Assembly (NCBI GenBank): GCA_032718475.1
Contig: JAUCBJ010003100.1
Location: forward strand, 6,384 to 70,383
DNA: 64,000 bases
Reading direction: 5' to 3'
Source of the DNA: Nemertoderma westbladi
Taxonomy: Eukaryota > Animalia > Xenacoelomorpha
The position numbers and the translations under genes are program-made. Each line of letters starts with the position of its first letter. Within the stretch, counting starts at the first letter, position 1. Below are positions 1 through 12,964 of the stretch, in pieces. The notes below the pieces were generated by a model. That model had not been told where the DNA came from and made no database searches. It saw only the letters and a list, made by a program, of their open reading frames with translations.

Positions 1-415
1 ACTCAATTGGGGAAACCATCAGGTGTAGGACTCAATTGGGGAAACCATCAGGTGTAGGACTCTATTGGGGAAACCATCAGGTGTAGGACTCAATTGGGGA
101 AACCATCAGGTGTAGGACTCTATTGGGGAAACCATCAGGTGTAGGACTCAATTGGGGAAACCATCAGGTGTAGGACTCAATTGGGGAAACCATCAGGTGT
201 AGGACTCAATTGGGGAAACCATCAGGTGTACGACTTAATTGGGGAAACCATCAGGTGTAGGACTCTATTGGGGAAACCATCAGGTGTAGGACTCAATTGG
301 GGAAACCATCAGGTGTAGGACTCAACTGGGGAAACCATCAGGTGTAGGACTCAATTGGGGAAACCATCAGGTGTAGGACTCAATTGGGGAAACCATCAGG
401 TGTAGGACTCAATTG
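1..415. repeat. 29-bp minisatellite, about 14 copies, runs off the window start
   Basis: Unit ACTCAATTGGGGAAACCATCAGGTGTAGG repeated with few substitutions. Confidence 0.97.
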
Positions 416-1305
416 ACCTTCAAATTTACGTAACATACAGCAAACGTTAACGTTAACGTAAACGTCTAAAATCAACATGATAAGAACTAATTTGCCAATA
501 TTACATATGTTAAATGTTAATGTTGAATATGAGATTCTATATAAATTCAGCCATCTTGCTGAACAACTTTCTTTCTAATGTGGAACAATTTTACTGAACG
601 CCTAGGTATTACTGTATAATTAATATATTATACAATTAATTAAGACAGTTAACTGTTGTCAGTGACAGTGATTTAAATAAAACAAAAATATACGAAATAA
701 TTAAAAAGTCTAACTATAAAAATTTAGGTTTATTAAAGAGTATAATTTTCAAACAAATAAATTTATTGGAACCGAAAAAAACACTTTTACTCCCGAGAAA
801 TAATATCAACTACTATTAAATAGTTACAAAAGAATCACACAATATTATGTGATACAATAGTTAGAAAATATAGGAAATACTTACAATTAATTTAATTAAA
901 CAATCAATATTTCTATATAATAATGGGTGTAACACCAACCTACTACTAAGTACAGTGTGGAAGTAACACAATAGACAATATACTACGTGTGTGAGTAATT
1001 AATAATATCGTTGTTTAGTGTGGAGGGCCCATTACTAACTGTGTTGATATCAAATAATCAAGGAACAAAGGTTGTAAAGGCGAGCTAATAATCACACGCA
1101 TTGTCGCATTGGCCTTATGGTATCAGATGAATAATCTATTACAAATTATTTGCTAATACGCTTGGCTGCATAGCTAATGGTCCATGAAGGGGTAAATTTG
1201 AGATTAATTTAAAGTTTAATCAGGTCTGGGGAAACAAAAGTCGCAACGAAAAAATATTACAGTTAATTTGAAAATAAAATGAAGACAAAAAATATAACGA
1301 AATGA

Positions 1306-1799
1306 TATACGTTAGCTAATCCTAATCCTCAGTTACCTTCACTGATACACAGTCAACCTCCTGCACTGGATGGTTATACCTCTAGTGAGGCATTCGCACA
1401 GCATTTAAATGCTTTACATGCTGCTCGTAAAGCATTCATTCAATCAGAAGCAGATGAAAGGATTCGGAGGGCACTGAGACACAAGGTACGAGCTTCAGAA
1501 CAAACTTTTGAACATGGTGATCTTGTATTCTATAAACATGATGGCAAGGATAGATGGCTTGGCCCTGCCAAGGTCGTTTTCCAGGATGGAAAGGTTATTT
1601 TTGTTCGTCATGGTGGTGTCTTTATTCGAGTTGCACCCCATCGCCTTGTATTAGTCAATCCTTTGGAACCATCTGTGACTACAACTCCTCCCCAAGAACT
1701 CATTGCTTTGAAACATCTTAAGGCAACTGATATTGACATCACTGGTTCTAACTTGGAAAGATCTAAACCAAGAAATAGCAATATTCAGGAGTTGCTTCC
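1306..1799 (+). pseudogene. Ty1/Copia (GalEa-like) polyprotein fragment, integrase C-terminal region
   Basis: Manual translation of a stop-free frame: HLNALHAARKAFIQSEADERIRRALRHKVRASEQ...GDLVFYKHDGKDRWLGPAKVVFQDGKVIFVRHGG. This resembles GalEa-clade Copia. It is truncated by the BEL LTR at 1800. Confidence 0.75.
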
Positions 1800-2172
1800 T
1801 GTTGGGGTTCCCGAAGGATTGATAAAGAGTTTTAGTATAAGATGTCGAATATAATAACAATAATCTTATAGTATATGTAATATATAAACAGAGCTATTCC
1901 TACAGTATAAGTATACATATTGGCAATATTATTGAAAGTTTTACGACAACAAAAAAAACAACAACAATAACAAAGAATATCAAAAGAGTAAATGGTAAAG
2001 AGTAAACCTCAATAGATAAATCAGCTGTTAATTAATGTAACAATGTGACAAATATAATACTTCAAAGTAAGCCTATGTATAATGGTAAATTACCAACTAA
2101 TAATCATGATAATATAATGTTTAGAAAAACTATGGGAAGAATGATTATAAAAGCTAATATAAATCTCCAACA
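1800..2172 (-). repeat. 3' LTR of the BEL/Pao element
   Basis: On the minus strand it starts TGTTGG just after a purine tract (GGTGGGGAGA, ~2173-2182) and ends CCAACA at 1800, giving 6-bp inverted termini. Confidence 0.75.
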
Positions 2173-2300
2173 TCTCCCCACCAATTATACTGTATAAACT
2201 ATTAAATATATCAATCAATATTAATAACAAACATGTCTATGTAGGTAGTGAGTGCATTTGGTTCTGAGTTCAACATTTTTAGTACTAATCCACCTGTATT

Positions 2301-3270
2301 TTATGATTGAACTTCAAGTGGATATAGTAAACTTATTGGTCGCTGTATAATATGGTTTCCGACCTTTTTTAGTCCTACTGTGACATCAGCTGCACGGACA
2401 CGCTCATCTCGGCCATGGATAAGTTTTGCTATCCGACCAAACTTCCAGAAAGCACGAGGTTTATGAGCTTGAAGTATAATCACAATATCTCCAATCTTGA
2501 TATTGGATTTGTTGTCTTTAGTGTTAGTCCAATGTTGACTTTTCCTGAAACAAAGATAGTCATCTAACCAAGATTTCCAAAATTTAGCTATCAAACTCTT
2601 CCGTAGTTTGTAAGATTGTCTAAGACTGTTTTGAGTTGCACTCAATTGTTCAGGTACTTCAGTCTCATCAGGTAATGAACCTAGGCGACGGCTATAAAGA
2701 AGATGATTTGGAGTTAATATGTCAACGTTATCTTCAGTGTCGACATAGGTAAGTGGTCTTGAATTGAGAACTCCTTCGACTTCTACGAGGATTGTTCTCA
2801 GAGCATCAGATGACAATATGGCACGTCCAATGACTTTGCGGAGACATTTCTTGGTTGACTGAACAAACCTTTCCCACAGGCCTCCTCACCATGAGGCTAA
2901 AGCCACATTAAATTGCCAAGTTATTCTATTTTGGCAACAATATGTTATGACTTCAGGTGATTTCACGATTTGTTTATAGAGTTTCTTTAATTCTCGCGAT
3001 GCTCTTTTAAGCGTGGCACCATTGTCAGACAAGATGCGAATTGGGACTCCTCTTCGAGCTATGACTAGCCTCAACGAATTTATGAATGTTTCACTTGTGA
3101 GATCGTTAAGTAAATCCAGATGAATTGCTCTTGTGCTGGGGCATGTATAAAGGCAAATGTAAATCTTCAACGTACTGTCAGTAGACACTTCTGACTTTAC
3201 ATAAAGTGGACCAGCCATGTCGATTCCAATATTAGCGAATGGATAGGACTGATCAACACAAAACGGAGGC
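2301..3270 (-). pseudogene. BEL/Pao integrase core and C-terminal domain (disrupted)
   Basis: GIDMAGPLYVK, RRGVPIRILSDNGAT, EVEGVLNSRPLT, LTPNHLL, RPISLLYPLE motifs; in-frame stop at ~2886. Confidence 0.9.
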
Positions 3271-5355
3271 TTTTGAAAAGCTCCTCTGTGAGCGGATTCA
3301 ATTCCGCCTCACCAACCCACATAAAGTGGGAAAGAGCGCCTTTAAGCAATATTAGGGAGTACGAGGTTGATTGACAACCAACCTCGTATCACCCCCAATA
3401 AACGGGGACGACAAACACCAAAGGGCCTCACACAAAGGGGGGTCAGAGGTTACATCTCCGGGAGGGAGAGAGTGACAGTAGCAGGGGGAAAACACTCCCA
3501 GAGAGTTAAGGGCGAGAATTAGGTTACCAACCAATGGGGGGACAGGAAAGGCATCAGCTGAGTAATAAGGCCAATGTGGTGTGATATATTACCGGTTGGT
3601 GTTCAGTTTACAGTTTAGTTTACTCAGTACAGTTAAGGGCAGTACGGTAACTTTTATTACCGTCGCCGCTGCCATCACCAATTTATATTACTGGTATTCT
3701 GTAGTTCTTGATTCAGTTTACATTCATCTATTATATTTATACCTATTGATTAATCAACAAGACCAGAACTCTCAACAAACTCTTTTCACACACGGCGGGG
3801 ACGCGTAAATAAAACAACCGGTCGGGATCCCCGGATCCCGTCACAGTAATAAAATTCTAACTGCTTAAACTGACTGCCAGAGTAATAAAAGATCAAACTG
3901 TCTGAAACTGCCACTGCCAGCCACAGTAATAAAAGACCAGCTAACCTGAAACTGTGACTGCCAGCCACCAATCTAAGGAAGAAGTTAAAAGATGAGTCAG
4001 CAAGGAGAGACGACACCGCCGCGGACCCCGGACGACAACCTAACGATCCGCGAGGCCACGACAAGATGGTATTGACCCACGAGGCCGGATTCGTCAGCGA
4101 GATACGGTCTGGCGGCCCAGGCGGAGGGCGGCCGTCTACCACAGCGAGGGAGAGACGAGTCGAGAGAAGGGAGGGACGAGTCGACGCACAGTGGCGGTCA
4201 GAGCACCGGAGTCGCCGGCCAGGCACAGGCCGAGGGCGACGGACGGCCCACCGGAACGGCAACGGTGGGGCCGCCGGTACAACGCCGGACACGGAGAGAA
4301 AGAGGGGATGTCGGCGACGAGGACGTCGGAGTTAGCGACCGGCTCTGACGGGCTTACAACGCCACAAAGGAACAACTAAGGGAGGCCAAGGAAGGGGCGA
4401 AGATAGATCAGGTGAAGTTAGAGAAGCGGCTAGGTGAGTCGAATAAACATTTTGATTATCTGGTGCGCTTTGGGCAGGGAGAACTAGCCAGTGAAAGAGC
4501 GAGAGGGGTCGCCACCGAACTGTTTGAACTGTGGGAATGTAGGGGTATGGAGCCTGGTGTAGTGTACATAGGGCCATACTTAGTTGATGCCAGGGGAGTT
4601 AAGTTAGTGGGTTGGGCGGGACCGCACGAGGGCGAATCCGAGGTTAACTCCGAGGATTCGGTCTCGTCGGTCAGCGAGAACCCCGGAAAGCGGGGGAAAG
4701 TTAGTAGGATGGAGGGGCGACGGGAGTCCATCGCAACCAATGTGGATGACTTCTGTTACCTGGGATCATGGATCCGGAAGTCAGGTGAGTACCTTCGAAT
4801 ACGTAAGGGAAAGGCATGGGCAGCCTTGAATAGGCTTTCCAGGATTTGGAAGTCTCCGAGAATTAATCGGAAACTTAAGGTCCGATTATTTAGAGCAGCA
4901 GTAGTTCCCATACTCCTCTATGGGAGTCCATGCTGGGCTCTAACTGCTGAGGACACCAAATCTCTGGATGGCACATTCACAAGAATGCTACGCCGGGTTC
5001 ATTGTGTCAAGTACAATGCACAAATCTCCAACCAGACACTATATAACATTGGAGGTGTCTCATTGGTTCCCCCAAGCTTGACACTAGAACAAAATCGCCT
5101 CCGCTTTGCAGGACATTGCTTTCGCCGTGAGGACCAGCCAGTGCATAATCTTGTACTTTGTTAGCCTCATGGAGTGAATAAGCATGGTGGACAGCCCATG
5201 ACTTTCTTGAGACGCATCTTAAAGGACACTGGCCTTGAAGATGCAGATGATCTAGCAAATGTCATGGGTGAGTTGTGGCGGTGCAATTTTGTCGAAAAGC
5301 CGGCACAGCATTCTTAAAAATGCAGCTGCAATGCAGCATGCCGATCCTAGTAGTA
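3271..5355 (+). mobile_element. Composite non-LTR insertion: unknown GC-rich 5' part fused to an RTE-like LINE 3' end with (TAG)n tail
   Basis: Flanked by a GAGGC duplication (3266-3270 and 5356-5360); removing it restores BEL APPLPPFCVDQSYPF. 4738-5310 encodes DDFCYLGS...RIGKAW-like, ILLYGS, LRFAGHCFR (RTE RT thumb/C-terminus). Confidence 0.85.
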
Positions 5356-6087
5356 GAGGCAGGGGTGGAGCTTGAGGTAGTCTGTAAGGGTATCCTTGTA
5401 TCCTTCTACAAGGTACGCAGCGATCCAAAATTGACTTAACACGTTGTCTACCCTGTGGTATCCAGAAACGTGTCCGTAGTTGTATTAGAGTATCTTGAAC
5501 ACCACCATGAATAACTTGATTGTGAGCATCACTGATGATTAATGAGCTAAGGTGTGAATTTTTGGGCAAAATAATAGGAAATATCTGATCATATTTCAAT
5601 TGAGCATTTTGAAGACGAGTTTCATACCGCAGAATATCATTCGTGTGAAATTGGACGAGTTGCCACATCTGCTGGATTACTAGTTCCAGGAACATGATTC
5701 CTAATATTTGATTTTTAAGGATCGGATTTCGCGGACCTTATTTTCGATAAATGGTTTGAACTCCTTGGTTGTATTGCGAATCCAACAAATTACATTTTGA
5801 GAGTCAGACCAACAAAAAAACTTAGGCGTGAGTTTGAGTGGTAGCAAAGAATCAAGAACTGTGTTTAGCAAGCGAGCTGCCAAAACTGCAGCCAATAGTT
5901 CTAGACGGGGCATTGATGGGGGCTTAGATGAAGACTTCGATGAAGATTGTTCCTTCAAAGGTGCGACTCGAGACTTTGCAACCACTAGTGTAGATTGGGG
6001 GGTTTGATTTGGTTTCCGCAGACACAAGTAAATACATGCTGCATATGCCTTTTTAGATGCATCCCCGAATGCAAGTAACTCTCCATA
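5356..6087 (-). pseudogene. BEL/Pao RNase H and integrase zinc-binding region (disrupted)
   Basis: AKSRVAPLK, PRLELLAA, WSDSQ; H-x3-H...CVPC in HGGVQDTL...RFWIPQGR...CVPCRR. Confidence 0.88.
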
Positions 6088-7359
6088 CTATACTAACAAT
6101 GCATTTGAATCTGGAAAGTAAATCCTTGGAATGGTAATATCATTTAATGATGCAAGGTTATAAATGAAAGATTTCCGCCTTTTGTTTAAATCTGGTGACA
6201 ATGCACTGTCCCAGTTGAATCCAATAAGTTCTTGAAATAATACCTTTAACTGGGTGACAATGAGACTAAAAAATCCCATTGGATCAAAGATGCGGCCAGT
6301 TATCTTGAGTATACTACGTTTAGTAGGTGTGAGTGTGTCAATTAACTGAAGGATATTTCTAAATGAGTATTTGAAATCATCTTGCATTGGTGACCACTCA
6401 ATGCCTAATACCTTTATGTAGCTATTGTCAGTGTTCATTTGATTGAGTGTAAACGAATGGGAGGAAAGTGAATTTGTTGGGACTTGAGGTGGCTTGTGGA
6501 CGCTATCAATCGATTGTTCACACTCATGTATAATGTGTTTTGCTGGGAGAGAATTTGATTCCCAGGACCTAAGATTAAATCCACCTCTCAAGAGCATAGT
6601 CTTTGTATAATAATACAATGATAATATTTCGTTGAATGTGTCTGCGCCTGTTTGAAAGTTGTCAACATACAAATCATTGCCTAGTACATTGATTGCAGTA
6701 CTAGTAGCATCATTCACATGTGGTGATTTGTTTTCCTCAGATAAATGATGACTAACAGAACCAAGTAATAAGAAAGGGGATGGGTTTAATCCAAATGGAA
6801 CTCTGCACCACCGATAAACCTTGACAGTATCATTGGCTTGATCTAAAGGATTCTGCATCCATAAAAACCTTAAAGCATCACGATGTTCAGAGTTTACTGA
6901 AACCATAAGAAAAGCTTTTTCAATATCTGCCAACAGCACATACTGATACAAGCGAAAGCGAATCATAATCGAAACAATATTTGATACCAGAGAAGGGCCA
7001 GTACACAATGTGTCATTGAGTGATAAATCATGTTTTGAGTCTCTGGCACTACCATCAAATACTATTCGCAGCTTTGTTGTGTTGTGATCTTCCCTTATAA
7101 CGCAATGATGAGGGATATAATGAGTGATGCCACATGATTCACTTGGATCATTAACTTCTTCAATAAAACCGCGTTTACAGTAGTCACTCAGAACTTCACT
7201 GTAACGATGATAAAGTGTGGGGTTGCGTAAGAAACGTTTAACCAATGATTGGAGACGTCCAAGTGAAAGTGAGTAATGATTTTGAAGTGGCGCTACATTG
7301 TCTTTCCATGGCAAGTTTACTGAGTATCGCCCATTTTCAAACATGATTTTCTTGTACAA
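6088..7359 (-). pseudogene. BEL/Pao reverse transcriptase
   Basis: HYIPHH, TTKLRIVFDGS, ADIEKAFL, RVPFGLNPSPFLL, LYVDN, IFDPMG motifs. Confidence 0.93.
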
Positions 7360-8657
7360 TCACAGGTATCATTGCTAGCAACTAAGGCTGCATTTTCTGT
7401 CGACATATTTTCGGGTTCTTCTATTGGTCCTGTTAACAACCAACCATAGACAGATTTTGTAGCAACAGGCTGATCACTTAGATGCCCTATGCGGACATTT
7501 CCAGCATCAACAAGATTGTTGTACAAATCTGCCCCAATGAGAACACCAATCTCTTTATGCGAACTGCGAAAGTCATCTGCAAGGTTAAGGTTGCGAAGAT
7601 GACTGTATTGTTGTGTTTGGCACTCCTGTGGACCAAATGGAAGGCAAATAAATGGAACAGCTGTGGCCTCTACCACAATATTTGTTGTCCCTTTTATTAA
7701 ATTGAACTTAACTAAATTGCATTCAATTCTTTTCGGCATCCTTGACAAAAATGAATTAACGTGAATGAAACCCTTTCCAACTACTTCAAGATCAAGTTCG
7801 TTGCAGACTTTATTTGTAATATAACTTCGATGTGACCCTTTATCAAATAGAACACGAACATGAAGCTCCCTTTTATTCTTGGGATTGTAACATTTAAGTG
7901 TTGCTGTTTCCAATAAAATTGAAACAGTTGTTTGAGTGGCGTGCTCTTGTTCATTGAACATATGTGATTGTCGAGTTATCGACGTTTGTGTTGTCTCACA
8001 AACTACCATATTGACAACACCTTGACTAGGGTGGGCAATTGCCCTTTAATTTATTTGTGAGACTTGTGATTGTGGTTGAGCGCTTAATGATGCCGAATTG
8101 TGATTCAACTGAATTGCTGTGTCGGACATTCCAGTTGTCGAACTCGAATTGCTATGGACAATGGCAGAATTACTGACTGACTTGCCATTGTTTGCCGTGT
8201 AACAAATGCTTGAATGATGCCCTTTGCGTTTGCAACTGAAGCACTGTTTATCTGCCTTGGGACAATTTGGTTTGAAATGGTTTTCGGATAAACAAATGAA
8301 ACAACATTTTTCACTAGTGAGTTTTTCTCGCCTAGATTTGACATCTCTTATTGAATTGCATGATGAAGAATAATGATTGCCATTGCAAAATATGCAACTT
8401 ATTTTGGGCTTTATAGCAACAAGTGCAGCAGTTGTAGGAACCATAGAAGAAACAGATGTGGATTTCCGTTGCTTGAAATTATCGTAAGTAGTGTTGCTTG
8501 CCAGTTTGTGTTGAGCATGAATCTTCAATTCCAACTCACACAGTGTCCTAGTTTGTAATTCTGTCTGCATGTACTCTAGAAGCCGCTCAATGCCGATTGT
8601 ATTGAAGTTTGGTTTCTTTCGCATTATCAACCTGAATTCTATTGGAAGTTTACTCAT
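7317..8657 (-). pseudogene. BEL/Pao gag zinc knuckles and aspartic protease
   Basis: Three Cys/His knuckles (CIFCNGNHYSSSC, CFICLSENHFKPNC, CFSCKRKGHHSSIC); protease LFDKGSHRSYI and LIGAD. Confidence 0.9.
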
Positions 8658-8684
8658 TACAACAGGTTTGAGACTTCATAGCTA

Positions 8685-10860
8685 GGTGGGATAAATATTT
8701 CTCCATTTGACGCAACACCGCCGCGGCCGCTATGAGGGAGGTGAATACCGCGGCCGCTCCTAAAGCCGCAGGCCATCGCTAACTATATAGGTTAACTTGG
8801 GATTCTGGGGGACTTTTCGATGAAGGAAATGACCAAATTTTTTTATTTTCTCACTAGGGGAGCGGCTCGGAATTCTAAGATATTAGCAACTTTAACATTA
8901 TTAAATCTAACCCTTCGACGGACACGGCGGACAAAAAACCGTCATTTTTTCGACAATTTTAAAATTTTTTTGAAAGGCGCTCTACAGTGGCTCGAAAAAA
9001 CCCTAGGTTATTGCTTAGCCGACGCCGGGATACGATAGAAGGGATTAATTAGTGAATTCGTTTTTTTTTTCAAAAAAGATTACCACGCCTTTTTTCCGAA
9101 AATGTCCGTCAAAGTTGAAAAAACGGACAAAATGACTTTGCGGGATCCGCTATAACTCGGCTAATATTAATCGTACGGGGACGAAAGTAACGCGGTTGGA
9201 AAGGGGAAGAGTGGTACTACCTATTTATTACTACCTATTTATTTATTACCTACTATTTATTAAAATTTCGGGTGGAAAAAGGGGCTGTAAATTTGTACGT
9301 TTTTGTCCGTCTTTTTTGGAAAACTTATTTCCGAAATGTTTAATTCGACAACGCGGGTAGGAATCCACTAATTCTTTTATGAAACTCGTAGAAGACCATT
9401 GGGGCTACGTTCCTATCGAATGGGGGTACAAAAAATATGTCGGCAATAGGGGCCAAAAAGGGCCAGAATTTGTAAAGTAGTTTTTAACGAATAATTTTTT
9501 ATTTTTAACTTTAGTTGGTTAAGGTACATTCTATACAGTCAATATCCGTACGGGGAATTCAAATATGCTATCGGTTTTGCTCCAAGGATGATATTAAAAA
9601 AATGAGGGCCAAAATTATAATTTCGCGCTTCAAACTTGCTTCGCGGGAAATCGTCTTCCTCGAAAACTACTTAACTTACGGGAGATTTGTTTACACAGAC
9701 TTATAGTGCGTTAAATTATCTATCTAACAGCGTTAATCACAGCGCCGGAGGTATTATAAAACTGGAGCGGCAGGCGATCGTGTGAAATATAATATTTATA
9801 AAAAGGGACGAAAAATTTTTTATTTTTAACAAATCGCTATTCCATTATAATTTAGCGTATTGCGCCAAAAGTACCTGTAAAAAGTATCAAATTAACTCCG
9901 CTATCTTTTATCTTAACATATATAATTAAAATTACGAATTTTAAGGGTCGAAAAATATCGCGTTATTTTGGCCCTTTTTTTAAATTTTTTTGGGGCCAAA
10001 AATAACCCCTTCTCAAAAGATTAAGAAAAAAATTACGGCAAAGAATATACCAATTTTATTGAATTTGGTCCACCAGAACCGAAGTTAGAGCGATTTTAGT
10101 GAAAAAATAAAAATAATTTTTTTTGCAAAAAAATTAAGAATGGCCAGGTCAATATTGGATTTCGAACCCGCAAACTTAGGTTTCATTAACGTGATTGATA
10201 ACCACTAGACTATGTGACCAAGAGAATTTGAAATTTTCTAGTGACTATTTTTAAACATCAATAACTTCGGTTCTACAGGGCCGTTTAATCTGAAACTTTT
10301 TCATTGGATAGAGGATAGATTGTAGTGTGTGAAATAGGATAAAACTTGGGAAAATACTTATGTGCACTTAGTGCAAAATGCACTTAAATAGTGAACATTT
10401 TTTCGATATTTCAAACACTGTTATTTCCAGTTCTATTCATCGTAGAATGTTATTTTTTGGATTAAAATGTAGTTTGGAATGATTTCTAACTATAATCGTA
10501 ACATTTGTTTAACTTTTTATGTCTATAAAGTGATTTAAAAATGTCCATGAATATGGTCCAAAATCGCAAATCCAGATTTATTAATTTGGATTTTTGACAC
10601 TTTTAGCGACTGACACTTGATCATACACCATCGTAGATCGGTAGAGGATAAACATAAGTTTGTTAAATAAGAGCCACCATTACGATCTGCTAAAGTGCAT
10701 TTGTACAAATAAGTGTGCAAAAGTGCAAATTTTTTAATAAGGTCAAATTATATAGTATTGGGTTCTTTTCTTTGCAGATACTTTATTTTCATATTAATAT
10801 GTTGTTTGGACCTAACTGAGCGCATTAGGGGATATGCGTACAATAACCGGCCCTTATGAG
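8685..10860. mobile_element. Unclassified dispersed repeat, copy 1 (probable non-autonomous DNA element; right end uncertain)
   Basis: 8685-10154 is nearly identical to 11724-15140 once the CRE insertion is removed. It is non-coding and truncates the BEL gag. Confidence 0.6.
10147..10219 (-). pseudogene. tRNA-derived relic with pol III A/B boxes
   Basis: Minus strand GGTCA...TAGTCTAGTGG...GGTTCGAAATCC...TGACC, 73 nt; anticodon arm not intact. Confidence 0.4.
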
Positions 10861-12964
10861 GCTTCGATTGGGTAAATCAATAAAACATAAGGTTGTATAG
10901 TATAATATTCTAAAAACCAGTGTGATATTAAATGCACTTTAAATAATAAATAGAGATCAAATAACAATTGGACCACACAATTAAAAACTCGCACAATTTT
11001 GTACTTATTATATCGCTTCAAATTAATTCAACAGTGGATATTTGTGGGAAGGGGGAAGTTACAGTGTGCATTCGGGGGAAGTTTGGTGAACTGCATTTAT
11101 GCAGTGAATCCAAACTTCCCCCTTTGATATAACATATACTTAAGACATGCTAGGGTGACGGGGAAATATTTGTTACTGTCACACTTTGCTTCCATTTATC
11201 CTATCCTTTATTATTACCCCAGTCAGATAAGAGATAATAAATCAGTAAAAACTAAACTAAACTGTCTTTCATGCAAACAAATTTCTAACTAAAGACGGGT
11301 GAATGACCATGACCATGGAAATAATTTTAAATATAATTGTATATCAACTATTTGGGGAGGCTTCCAAGTTAAACCCGAAAACAATTATTTTGTTACATAT
11401 ATAGTAAATAACGTTGTATGTTCTTCTTCCTCTCATAATAAATATTAAATGAAATATCTCAGATAGCTATGCCCTGTAACATTTCACAACCAAAATATTT
11501 AAGTGTGAAAAGTGTAGGCCTACCACACTCCGCCCAAACAACCGCAAACGCATAGCCAACAAATTTAACAAAAGGTTACATACATGTTGGGTTCATGACG
11601 ACATGAGTGAAAATTGATCGCGTAATATAAAGTAAAAAATTAAGAGACGGGCTGGCTCTCCTCCACTTTCTTACCCAATGGAAATGTTGTTGTAATAATC
11701 TAATATTGGGGCGGCTTTCTCTCGGTGGGATAAATATTTCTCCATTTGACGCAACACCGCCGCGGCCGCTATGAGGGAGGTGAATACCGCGGCCGCTCCT
11801 AAAGCCGCAGGCCATCGCTAACTATATAGGTTAACTTGGGATTCTGGGGGACTTTTCGATGAAGGAACTGACCAAATTTTTTTATTTCCTCACCAGGGGA
11901 GCGGCTCGGAATTCTAAGATATTAGCAACTCTAACATTATTAAATCTAACCCTTCGACGGACACGGCGGACAAAAATCCGTCATTTTTTCGACAATTTTA
12001 AAATTTTTTTGAAAGGCGCTCTACAGTGGCTCGAAAAAACCCTAGGTTATTGCTTAGCCGACGCCGGGATACGATAGAAGGGATTAATTAGTGAATTCGT
12101 TTTTTTTTTCAAAAAAGATTACCACGCCTTTTTTCCGAAAATGTCCGTCAAAGTTGAAAAAACGGACAAAATGACTTTGCGGGATCCGCTATAACTCGGC
12201 TAATATTAATCGTACGGGGACGAAAGTAACGCGGTTGGAAAGGGGAAGAGTGGTACTACCTTCGTATCGAATGGGGGTAAGATAATTATTAAAATTTCGG
12301 GTGGAAAAAGGGGCTGTAAATTTGTACGTTTTTGTCCGTCTTTTTTGGAAAACTTATTTCCGAAATGTTTAATTCGACAACGCGGGTAGGAATCCACTAA
12401 TTCTTTTATGAAACTCGTAGAAGACCATTGGGGCTACGTTCCTATCGAATGGGGGTACAAAAAATATGTCGGCAATAGGGGCCAAAAAGGGCCAGAATTT
12501 GTAAAGTAGTTTTTATCGAATAATTTTTTATTTTTAACTTTAGTTGGTTAAGGTACATTCTATACAGTCAATATCCATACGGGGAATTCAAATATGCTAT
12601 CGGTTTTGCTCCAAGGATGATATTAAAAAAATGAGGGCCAAAATTATAATTTCGCGCTTCAAACTTGCTTCGCGGGAAATCGTCTAGCTCGAAAACTACT
12701 TAACTTACGGGAGATTTGTTTACACAGACTTATAGTGCGTTAAATTATCTATCTAACAGCGTTAATCACAGCGCCGGAGGTATTTTAAAACTGGAGCGGC
12801 AGGCGATCGTGTGAAATATTATATTTATAAAAAGGGACGAAAAATTTTTTTTTTTTAACAAATCGCTATTCCATTATAATTTAGTGTATTGCGCCAAAAG
12901 TACCTGTAAAAAGTATCAAATTAACTCCGCTATCTTTTATCTTAACATATATAATTAAAATTAC

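Larger units (their letters stand above)
1800..8670 (-). mobile_element. Decayed BEL/Pao LTR retrotransposon, 5' end lost, interrupted at 3271-5355
   Basis: Minus-strand ORF pieces in the order gag-PR-RT-RNaseH-INT with stops and frameshifts; 3' LTR and PPT present. Confidence 0.93.

Noticed and set aside
1-415. CRISPR-like 29-bp repeats (also considered for 30135-30881 and 31078-37856)
   Set aside because: No unique spacers between the short repeats, no cas genes, eukaryotic context; the 1.26-kb units are transposons.
3786-4379. Arg/Pro-rich ORFs in the GC-rich LINE 5' part
   Set aside because: No recognisable motif and open on both strands; a coding frame cannot be assigned.
8684-8697. 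AGGTGGGATAAAT matches the reverse complement of Helitron sequence at ~16502 and ~25444, suggesting a giant TIR element
   Set aside because: Only ~13 bp, internal to a different repeat, with no TSD; likely chance.
8820-12077. Duplicated 72-aa ORFs, and similar short ORFs repeated in 31623-37740
   Set aside because: They recur only because the host repeats are duplicated; no domain signal.
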